This document shows positions 14,184-25,245 of a stretch of DNA of 64,000 bases, in pieces. A program made the position numbers and the translations under genes. The DNA is from Oopsacas minuta (taxonomy: Eukaryota; Animalia; Porifera): assembly GCA_024704765.1 (NCBI GenBank), contig JAKMXF010000244.1:425905-489904 (forward strand), in the 5' to 3' direction. Below the pieces are notes generated by a model. The model had not been told where the DNA came from. It did not search any database and saw only the letters and a list, made by a program, of their open reading frames with translations. The number at the start of each line of letters is the position of its first letter. Position 1 is the stretch's first letter.

Positions 14184-16479
14184 CTAATAAAAAGATAGAG
14201 AAAATATAAGTAGCGGGTATAGATACGCCATTGAATTCGGGATAACTTAGACAAATAACACAAATTGAATTATCAATCAGAGGCACAACTGGGCTCATGG
14301 GTCTGGTTTGTCAAGTAGTTTTCATGGTGTACAATTTCTAAAAGAGTCAAGATAATCAGATAATAAAAAAAATCTGTTAAATAATTCGAAAATGTCACAG
14401 AAGAAGCAAAAATTGCAATAGTACAAAGAAGCATTACATCATAACCACTAAAGGTAACATCATATAAGAAACACCAAACCAAGAGTGATTAAAATAATTC
14501 ATATTTTAGAAACTCCAAATAAGACAATGGAATGTATCACATACATTCAAATTCATTCTATGCAATAACCAGCGGATACAAAAAAAAGCAAAGAATACTT
14601 CTTGATATATCCCCTAATTCACTAATGCAAGACACTGATTTGTATTTTTGTCGAATAAAGAAGTAAAATTTAATTGTCCAACTGTCATTTGGTTTCCGGC
14701 CAGTATTCTAAGGAATTTTAAGGAAATGTGTCAAATTATTAGATTAGTAAACAAATTTAGCGAAATTGTTCACTCTAAATTGATTTATCTTAGATGCCAG
14801 GGATTGTAGAGTAATAAATAATGATTGTTGATAAAAATGTTGAAACATACAAAAAGTAATAAATTTCGCTAAATAAGTACTGAATATTGAGATAAATTGG
14901 CACATTTTTTGGACTAATAATATGTATTTCCACAATTATAGAGGGCATTCATTAGGTTCGAAGTGAAATTAAATCATTTCACATGTCTAAAGACAACTGA
15001 TATTGATACAAGGGTAACATGAGTACGAAACAAGCCCTTTTTCTAGTTGGGAATATTCGAGATTATGTCATAATAATATGAGAGAGCCTATCAAAATGTA
15101 TAACAAGGGTATGGACAGTTGGGTATATACTATAAGTCGCAGTACAATATGGCCAAAAGGTTACAGGTTGCATAGTTTTAGATGATCATTGTCAGAAATA
15201 TGCCATCCATAGTCACCGAAATACCTCAGGAATGTGAGAAATTTATCATTGAATGGTATGTGTGAAAACCTATTTTTAAGATCATTAAGATATAATTCTG
15301 GAATCGAAATGGATATAAATATATTAAATAAAGCGTCGTCGAAGTTAAAATATTTCTAGAAGAAAGGACTTATTTCTTATCATATTACGCCATGTCAACC
15401 TGGAAAATATCTTGTGAACTAGTCTTTAGGTAGCAAAACATGTCAATAAAACATTGATTTGGGTCAACGTGTAAAATTATGATATCAGAAAACTGATAGA
15501 ATTGCTAATGTATATACTACGTCACTTTGAAGTCCCTGGTCCCGATTTAGATATATTGCAATATCCAAGAGTGGATACATAAACTAATGTGGGTGGACAA
15601 ATTTCAAAATCTGGTAATTTTGGTGTAAAAAATGGGCGAAATACCCTAAACCATCCCAAATTATTCAAAAGCAAGGGAATGTGACTCACCAGTACCCTGG
15701 ATTACGAACAGGGCCAGTGCATAGGGGCATAAAATGATATATGACCGGATAATCTGGGATGACAATTGCTATAACTGAAAAATGTTATAACTGCTCAATT
15801 GCTCATACGGCCTATGTTTGAAAATAGTTGAGCATTTCGAACCGAAATTACGACTAAAATTATATTCATGATATCAATTTGGTATAGTATGATAACATTA
15901 ACTTTCTCTGGAATAAGATAATCGGATATTAGTTAAGCGATTTCCAACATTCAGGAAATTGTTTACAAATTGTAAAAGAGGTTGACAAAGGAAATCTATG
16001 CAACTTCAAGTGCATGTATGGTAACCAAATCAAATTATCAATATAGTGAAATAACACGATGACCCATGTCAAACACTGAAGAATTAGGTTCCAAATTCTT
16101 CCCGTATGCTATGTCATAATTCCGGTTTCGTTGCCAATTTAGTTTCAGTTACAATTAAGTAAAACAAAATATAATATGATGGCATTTTGAGGAGATAGGC
16201 AGATTCTAGATGCTCTAAACTATATTTCTGGAAAATATATTCTAATCGGACATTAGCTAACAAATTGTAAGATATTATACAAAAGGCAGAAAATTCAAAT
16301 TTTTGAATAACATGATATTCGACAAGATCTTTCAACTTCTTCAAGGAAGTGCTATAATATAGAATTGCTTTAAAGGGTTTGGGAGGAGGATAGCGGACGA
16401 GCATTTGGGAGTTTGAAGAAAGGGTAGGCATAACAAAAGCCATACTACACTCGATAAAAACGGAAGAACTAAAATGTTG

Positions 16480-16664
16480 AAGGCAATCCCATTGCTGAGA
16501 GAAGTCCTGGGATGTTACTACAAAACACGAAACCGCCTTCTTCACTGAAATAGCGAATAAGATCTTCGTCTCTGCGTCAGTAATAAGTTATCTTAGCTTC
16601 ACTGTGGAGAACATGGTGTTCACTGAGACGGGAAGCCAGGATCTCTGAAGCATCTTTTGACAAG
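16480..16664 (-). mobile_element. Internal fragment of the same Chapaev3 family
   Basis: About 90% nucleotide match by eye to 35820-36000 (SKDASEILASRLSEHHVLHSEAKITY...RYFSEEGGFVFC); no TIRs. Confidence 0.88.
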
Positions 16665-16689
16665 AGGGTCCCGAAATGTTCAAAACGGA

Positions 16690-17115
16690 AGAGAGGTAAA
16701 ATTAGCAAGAAATTATTGTCGTTGTACAAGTAAAACCTTTTGATCGTCTCGTAACAGGTGATGAGTATTGGTTTCATAATTATGAGCCAGATGGTCAATC
16801 GTAACAATGGAAAAGGCGCGATGAACCAGTACCCATTGAAGGTGAAGGTAGCAACATCTGCTGGCAACAGAATGACAACGGTATTCAGAGATATGAGGAA
16901 ATTCGACTTCTTGAGGATAACCAGAAAGGTCCAGCACCAAAGGCTATTACTACATGGAATAATTGAAAGAAATGTGTAAAGCAATAAAACTTGGGAGTCA
17001 AGGGAAGTTGACAAGTGACGTACTACTACAACATGACAACACAAATCTTATGTAAGCTCCAAAAGAATTAATCCAGTTCACGACTTGGGTTTGGAATACT
17101 CCCTCACCACCATAG
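16690..17115 (+). mobile_element. Degenerate mariner transposase fragment
   Basis: IVTGDEYWFHNYEP...QW...EP.P.K.KV..SAGNRMTTVF and a terminal HPP-like remnant. Confidence 0.75.
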
Positions 17116-17398
17116 TCATCGAGATATTTGAATATCCTTCAAACTGGCGGGATACCCATTAACTGAACAAAGATTATCTCGAATAAATATTCACTTCCCT
17201 TCGTTGTACTTTGAGTACTTACCAGGGTTGGGTTCAAGTACTTTTGAAAGTCTACAAGTACAAGTACTCTTCAGGTTTAAGTACTAAGTAGAAGTACAAG
17301 CACAATGGAAAATGTCGAAAGTAAATGAGTACAAATACAACAGTTTCCTAGCTCTTATGATAAGTCAATAGTAGACATTGCACAATGTTTAAATAATA

Positions 17399-17606
17399 CA
17401 GGGTTGCAACCGAATAGTTCTATACTCGGTGCAACCGAATAACATTTGGGGAATAGTTCAATATTTGGTTACCAAGCGCAAATCAGTATTCGCTATCCGG
17501 TTAGTCCAAGCAGAATATTACTGGTTGATGTAGCCGAATATTTTCAGTATTCGGTTAAGAAACTATTCATGAATACTGATATTCTGTTCGATCGGTTTCA
17601 ACCTTG
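17399..17606. mobile_element. hAT-type MITE
   Basis: TIRs CAGGGTTGCAACCGA / TCGGTTTCAACCTTG; 8-bp TSD AAATAATA/AAATAAAA; related sequence at about 13090-13210. Confidence 0.75.
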
Positions 17607-18392
17607 AAATAAAATCATTCAGTCTATGTATTTGTAAGTTGAATACACACTAACACAAACCCTAATATACTGAGTATTAATTGACACTACTTTATTTAAG
17701 ATGGGATGTGAGGAACATCAACATCTCAAATCCTTCCTAAGAGAGACCAATAAGCAAAATATTTTCCAAAGGTTCAAAAAGTCCAGCGAGTAGGTAGCTA
17801 GACAGTAACCTTTTCTCTCCTTCGAGTATTCCTACGGTAATAGTTGATTTGTTAACAAATGATAGAGCTCCCCTTAATTCGTAATTTGATATTCTCCAAA
17901 ACAGATTTATATTCTTGTACTAATTGTTCAACTTCAGGATATATTCACGAATTATGAGTAAGTTCAACTCAGAATATTAATGTAATATATTAAAGTTCTA
18001 CCCACATCAAGGTACTAAAAATACGAGAATAAACCCTACACCTGGAGGAGCAGAAACTTCTGAGCTAATATTTTATAGCAAGGCATCTAAACGATTTTTC
18101 GGTTCTTTTAAGAGAAGATTTGCCAGAGTTATAATTAACATTGTAGTGGGCATGATTACAATCACACCCTATCGAAAACTGCAAAGGAAAGTGATATAAA
18201 AGCATTATAATTTAAAAGTACTGCTAAAATCTAAGTACAAGTATTTGCCTAAACTAGAGAGAGATTTATGGGAATGTACAACAATAGCCAACTAACATAT
18301 AGGGCCCCAAGGAAATTGCGGGTCATGGAATAAGAATGAGGCCACATATTGAAGAATTGTATAAAAATTTCCATATATTGTCCCAATATCAA

Positions 18393-18494
18393 CAGTGGAA
18401 GCCGCTTAATCGGACTCGGATAATTGGGACATCGAATCGGTTAATGAGGACGATACATTGACTCCGAGCTGTCCCTATTAAGTGGCATCCACTG
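18393..18494. mobile_element. pogo/Tigger-like MITE (short deletion derivative)
   Basis: TIRs CAGTGGAAGCCGCTTAAT / ATTAAGTGGCATCCACTG; internal blocks shared with 38461-39060. Confidence 0.7.
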
Positions 18495-18903
18495 CACTAT
18501 TAAATTTCAATTGATGTTGTTTGTTTGTTTGTTTGTCAGTTCGCTCATTGTAAAGTAAAGTAAATAGAATTCAATTAAACTTGACTCAATATACCAGATA
18601 GTCGAAATCCGATTTTCACACTTTTGAATTAATCATATGTAATTTTGTTTGTTGTTTTATGAATATATAGTAAATAAATTAGCCAAAATCCAAAAGAGAC
18701 ATAGCGGCTTGCTCTAAACGGCTACACAGGGGTAACACAGTACGCTGAAGGCGAATATCGAGTTATCATTACAAAATATGAATTTATCACCAATGGTATC
18801 TAAATTTATTGCTTCTTCTATACTTTGCTCAATTATAGGGACCAAGTGCCAAGCTCTATGCGTGTTCGCAAGCTGTGCAGTGGGAGCAACCGAAGCGCGC
18901 TAG
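18495..18903 (+). mobile_element. Non-autonomous Helitron-like element; related copy at about 50440-50700
   Basis: (GTTT)n microsatellite near the 5' end, shared AAGTAAATAGAATTCAAT.AAACTTGACT block, GC-rich 3' end finishing GCGCGCTAG|T. Confidence 0.55.
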
Positions 18904-19228
18904 TGTATTGTATATTTGTAGAACAACATATAATCAATGATTACATGCTAAATACTTTCGGGAATGTTTCAAATATACATCAATAAAGCATTTAATGTCA
19001 AAATAAAATTTCCTTTCAAGGCTTGTTAAAGTCAAACAATGGATTTCAAAACTACCGAAACAGTCAACCTGTATTCAAATAATATCGACTCTGTATCAGT
19101 TAGGCAAGTGTGGTAATATTGATATCACGAAAACAATGAGTTCTATTGGTAAAAATACATTAATTTGTTGAATACGAAGTCATGTATGGAGATTTCATAA
19201 ATCATACTGGCATACAGGATACCCTCGA

Positions 19229-19499
19229 CAGGGTTATATCTAGGATGTTAAATTGGGGGGAAGCTTTGAAATCCTTAGTACCCAATTTTCAAAATATTAT
19301 AATCTTGAAACAAATACCAAACATTTAATTTAATCCCTAAAAATGAAGATTTCCCACATGTTATTTATTTACACTTCAGATAGTGTTTTCACAATGAATT
19401 GTTATTCTAATAATTTATCCATTGAATAATATATTGCGATAATAGTATATTTTATGAGACTTTTGGGGGGGAAGCTTCCCCCCAGTAGATAGAACCCTG
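19229..19499. mobile_element. MITE with CAGGG termini
   Basis: TIRs CAGGGTTATATCTA / TAGATAGAACCCTG; flanked by CTCGA on both sides. Confidence 0.75.
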
Positions 19500-20254
19500 C
19501 TCGAATATCTGAGCATCTTCATTGTTTTCGGATTACTTAAATAGTATATTTTGATGCATGAAATTCACTGCGGGATGATATATGATAATTTCGATTTTGT
19601 AATTTAGTATATATTACTGCATATTCAAGGTCTAATACTACAACAGCTTCCAAAAAGTAGTACTAGAGTATGCAGAAGCTTCAAAATTTGTACAAATTTC
19701 ACAAACTAAACATACTTCATGCTGTTCGGATAGCCGAGGAGTCGGATAATAGAGGGTCTATTGTACCTGAAAAGTTTGTGGTTTGTCAAATTACGCGGTG
19801 TTCACACCTTTGTCAAAATCCACATATGGATGTCTATTAGCAGCGACAATATTAAATTGCACATTTGCCAGAAGAAATATACTATTGAGATTTAATACCA
19901 TTGAAATTATTATTCAATCGTAAATATATGTATTAATCAACTTATCAGAGAGTTTTTAACTCTATAAATATTGAACTAGTAGGAGCATTTATCCACATAT
20001 TTGCTAAGTATGTAATCAGATTAAGTCATCTCAATTTGGAAATAGTTTGTAGTGTTAGGTTATGTGTATCCTCAAGGCTATTTCATGCAAAATATCAAAA
20101 TTTGTTCTGAAATTTGAAATTTTCAGAGTTATGGTTGCGACATTTCTGGAACATTTACAAAAGTTGGATTATCTTCCGTGTCTCACACCTGTACGGATTA
20201 GCGAAGATTCGGATTAAGGATGCTCGGATTAGTGAGGGCGTACTGTATGACATA

Positions 20255-20302
20255 CCGTATTTCCCCGAATAAGCGCCCCAGCACTTATTCGGGGAAATAC
20301 CG
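20255..20302. mobile_element. 48-bp minimal MITE-like hairpin
   Basis: TA-CCGTATTTCCCCGAATAAG-(10 nt)-CTTATTCGGGGAAATACCG-TA: 17-bp perfect inverted core with TA flanks. Confidence 0.7.
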
Positions 20303-23208
20303 TATATGAGAATTACCAGGATACGTCATACTGGTCAGAGATATCATATCAAAGTGAATTATAGGGTATGAGAAATCGGTTAAACTCTGGAAGGTGCATT
20401 AATTACAAAACGAAATTTGATATTTTTTTGCATGAAAATTGGCTTAGATCCCATTGAATACATTTGCAATCAGTAAATGTAATTATTGACTCTTGATTGA
20501 ATATAAAACTAAATAAATAGTCAATTGATTGGATCATTTTGTCCACAAAATTGCCAAGTAACCTAGCAGAAGAAGTTAATTCGACTTGGAAATAGTTTGT
20601 AGAAAAAGTTTACGTATAATGTTATATAGCAATGACCCGGGGCCTAAGTTCGGCCGCCGAACTTAGGGCAAGGCGAACTAGTCATGTATCTTGGTCTCCG
20701 CATTTCACTGTATATTGAATTTGTATTGAGTCGGTTACTCTAGATCAATGAAATACTTAGATTATTCATCACTCATTTGTAAATTCCAAAAAGTCGCGAA
20801 AGAGTAGCTTATACAGGCAGCCCTCTCCATTCATGAGTTTATAGTTCGCGATTTCGGCTATTCACAGATGAAATATTGTCTCTAGTTTTGTTTCTCGAGA
20901 GTCATTCCCTCGGAAATTCGCAGTTTTCCCTATAATCATCAGCTATTTGATAGAAAATTTCATGGTATGAAATAAATATTTTCTCTATTTTACTATTACC
21001 GTAATATGGATTAATTTGTATTTCCACTATTGCATTCTTCATATCATGGTGGGTTACATTAATATATTGCATATTTCATCTGTTGAGGGCCCCGAAAACT
21101 GTAAGGCCGGCCCTGTAGATGATATATTAATTCAAGAAAATATAAATTTATTATTGGCTCTATGAATTACCATCCCTATATGGATAATGACAAGGTAGGG
21201 TTCTCTCCATGGTGTTTCGGAGTTTCGGGCCGATACGACTTACGTTTGAAGGCATATCAGGGATAGGGATATCGGCTGCGAAAATTCTGGATAAGCATAC
21301 TAATGTTTGTACATTGTCCATTACAATTTGGAATGTCAAATTTAAGCTTCCAAATATGGAAAGGCAAAGAAAATATAATAAGCGGATGACTGCTTTGAAA
21401 AGGACATCTATCTTCTAAGCAGCATTTATAAGAACTCAATCTATGATAGTAAAAGGCATTATTTTATGTCCGTGTATATATACATAAATAGTATATATGG
21501 CCTATTCCATTTGTAATCAACCAGTGGTCATACACTTATTCCTCAGATCTCCACAAGATTTTACAAAAGAATATATAAGTATATTTAGGAAGGAAACCAT
21601 AATATATTTGCTCAATTCTCTAGTTTTTGAGAATAGACAATTGAGATTGTGCATATTTTTTGGAATCGGACACATTTATCTATAGGCACCTAGTATAATT
21701 AGTAAATCAGGCCTAAAACCTATTTCATATTTTTTGTGTCAGATATTCCTTCTAATATTTGGAAATACAGATCTTATGACATTTTCCAGGATCGAAAACT
21801 AACTTCCAAAATGGTTCTCACAAAACAATCGTACATTTTCTAATAACATAATATATATCCTCTGTTATACAAAATCCCCATCTTAGTTTACATTTTCATG
21901 TGTAAACTAAGATTTGAAAATTTCGAATATATTTTATTACAGGCCATGTTCTTTAGAATATTTTATATTTGTCTTTCCAGGTAAGATCAAATTGAATCAA
22001 TTGTCAAAGTTTAGATTAGACTTCTTTAAATCGATATGTGGCTGTGGTCACTTGAACACCCCCATCACAATTTTTCAAATATTCTTTTCAATTTATAATC
22101 CTTAGCAGTAATTATAATAGTAGCATATGTGCATATAAATATCTAAATATATGTATATACATATATATATTATGGAATATCTTGTCGTATTAACGAGTTT
22201 CCACTGTATGTAGATATCTTACATATTAAAACTCATTGATATTTTGTTCTGTTTGTCGGAGATTATTGAGCACCTGTTAGCAGCCACAGGCTTGACATTT
22301 GGCAGAGGGGATAAAGAATGTTGTTTCTAGGAATTCTTTGAATATTTAAAAATTGTGATGGGGGTGGGGTGTTCAATTGACCAGCAGCCACATATCGATT
22401 TCAGTAAGTCTCTACTTTGACAGTCGAATAAATTTGATCCTAGCTAGAAACGACAAAATTAAAAGATTAAAACAGAACATAGACTGAAATAAAAAAATAT
22501 TCAAAATTTCAGCAAAATATTTAGTTCCATATATTCATATGAAAATGTAACTAAAACGGGGATATTAATATACAGAGGATATATATATAGTGGTAAAAGA
22601 AATTGTAGGATCGTTGTGTAAAAACCAATCTGGACGGTGAGTTTTGGATGCTAGAAAAATGACATAAGATATTCTGGATTTCCAAATATTGGAAATATCT
22701 CACACAAATTACGCAAATAATAGGTTTTAGACCCGCCGCCGTATTCACTAAGCATACTTAGTACTTAAGTACTAAGTATGTACTTAGTTAAGTACGTACT
22801 TAAGTCGTATTCACTAAGAGTTAAGTACGTACTTAAGTATGTACTTAACTAAGTACATACTTAAGTATCACTTATATTCATGAATTTGTGACTTTCTGAT
22901 GGATTGCTTTACAGAATTACTTTCAATCATTCAGGAATATATTTTCAAAACTTTTCATGATTTATGCATGATCTCAAGATAATATTGCGGTTTACGTTCA
23001 TGAAATACTTCACAAATAATGTTACAAGGAATTCCTCGAACGCTTATGATATAACATATCTGTTACTAAGGAATGCATTACTTTGTACGTAATGTTAAAT
23101 AATATCATTCTGAATTATACATTCCAAGTTACACTAATGAATGTTTTGCTAAATACAATTTATAATCAAATATAATATATAAATACTCAAGTATTTTAAT
23201 ATAAACAA

Positions 23209-24254
23209 ATGGCACAGATGATTCCACTATTTCTCGCAGAAGAAGAAACCTCTTCCTTAATGGCATGTCAACGAGTTTTCAGGGATCTCAATGATCCCCT
23301 AGATTGTTATGATGATATGGAACTTGTTCGACGTTTCCGTTTCTCTAGAGTTACAATATCTAAAATTACAGAGTTGGTAGCTAACTATTTGAATTTCACC
23401 GAGCGTTCTTATGCTGCTTCCCCTCACTTGCAAGTTTGTGTGGCATTTCGATTTTTCGCTTCTGGAACGTTCCAGATAATTTGTGGAGATGGGATAAACG
23501 TAAGCCAAGCGTCTGCCTCTCGTTATATCCGAGATGTTTCTCTGGGTTGTAAGCTATATACCATCAGTTTGTTAGTTTGCCTGCTAGTCTCAAGAGGGTA
23601 GAAGTCAAAAACAAGTTTTATGAGATTGCTCACTTTCCAGGCGTAGTAGGATTAGTTGACGGAACACACATACGAATCCAAAGACCCTCGGAAAATGAAG
23701 CAGATTATATAAATCGGCATTTTTACCACTCCATTAATGTCCAAGCTATTTGCCAACCAGATGGAATGTTTAGTGATGTATTGGCATGTTTTCCTGGGTC
23801 TGTTCACGATTCACGGATTTGGACGATTTCAGGTGTTGGGATGCATGTTGAAAATACCTTTTCAATAGGGGAGCATATATTAGGAGATAGCGGCTACATA
23901 ATGAGGCCATATTTACTCACTCCTTATCGCCAACCAATATCTACTCCCCAATTTAACTACAACTATGCACATAAGAGGACAAGGGTTATTGTTGAACAGA
24001 CATTTAGGCGATGGAAACGAAGATTCCACTGTCTACATGGAGAGCTCAGGATGAGTCCAGATAAAGTTTGTTCCATCATAGTTGCTTGTGCAGTATTGCA
24101 TAACATAGCAATACAGTGGAAACAACCTCTCTTAGAAGATGAAGTCTCCGATGATTCCTATCCGGATGATGTTCTTGACTTTGAAGAAACTGTTGGGCAT
24201 CTGGCATCAAAGCATTACAGAGATCAATTTTCTATTCATAATTTCAGCAACTAA
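23209..24254 (+). pseudogene. Harbinger DDE transposase, single frameshift/stop region
   Basis: ORFs 23209-23601 and 23577-24254 together give a full HARBI1-like protein (FPGVVGLVDGTHI, DSGY, VEQTF). Confidence 0.93.
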
Positions 24255-24521
24255 ATTCACATAGTATATATGTTGTGATGTAGATATGAAAACATTTTGT
24301 ACAGTTAGTGATTATAAGGTAACATGGATTTTTGTAGTTTTGAAACATCTAAGTAGGATGTTGGTCTTTGTAGTTCTGAATCATCTAAGTAGGGTGTTGG
24401 TCTTTGAAGTTGGGATAATTACTTGTGAAATGTATCAAGTATCGCACTTGAATTGGGAGCTAGTTGTTGCATTATGAAAACTATAAATTGGTGGAGGTTA
24501 TTGATATTCCAAAGCAAGAGT

Positions 24522-25245
24522 ATGGACAAAGGTCGCAAAGTAAATTGGACAAAGGAGGAGGAGTATACACTCATTGAGGCAATCCAGGATGCTGGAGATA
24601 TATTGAGAGGTATTGCTGGTCAGTGCGCGGAGATAAACAAAAAAAGACGAGGCTTTGGAACAACGTTATGAAGAAAATCAATTCCATCCATGGCAACAAC
24701 CGAGATGTGAAAGATATAAAGGAGAAGTGGAACAATCTAAAAGGTTCCGCAAAAGCCCGTGTGGATTCCAGTCGAAGGGAAGCGAGGAGGACAGGAGGAG
24801 GGCCAAATGAAGCTGGTGAAGTGGAGGATGAAGACATCCGGATCCTAAGCTCTGATAGGGAATTATCCACATCTGTGACGGAGAGAGTATCCCAGATGTT
24901 CTCAAGTACGCCAGCGTTCACTGGAATATGTGGTAGTGTTGATATGTTTCAAGCCCCAACAGCATTGCCTTCACACACCGAGATTAGCGAAAGCAGTGAA
25001 GTAACACCAGTGTTTGAGGGACCAGAAGTTACTGTAGTTAACAGTCGTCAGAGGGAAGGCGTAGGCGTAAGAGGAGCATCGAACAGTCAACATCGGTCTC
25101 TGATTTACTTCCTCTGCAACGAGAAGTGCTTCTTAAACAGATGGAAGTATTCTCGGCTCAACTACAGCTGATTGACGAGCAGAGGGAGTATCACCGTTAT
25201 AAAAAGCAGAGACTTTTAGAAAAGGACCTACAGCAGCAGCTTTAG
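24522..25245 (+). pseudogene. Harbinger Myb/SANT-like protein, two frameshifts
   Basis: Same as copy 1; breaks at the A7 run near 24640 and near 25090. Confidence 0.88.

Noticed and set aside
23545-23580. Mini-intron (GTAAGC...AG) rescuing the Harbinger nuclease frameshift
   Set aside because: The 19-, 22- and 27-nt excisions tested either keep the wrong frame or hit TAG.
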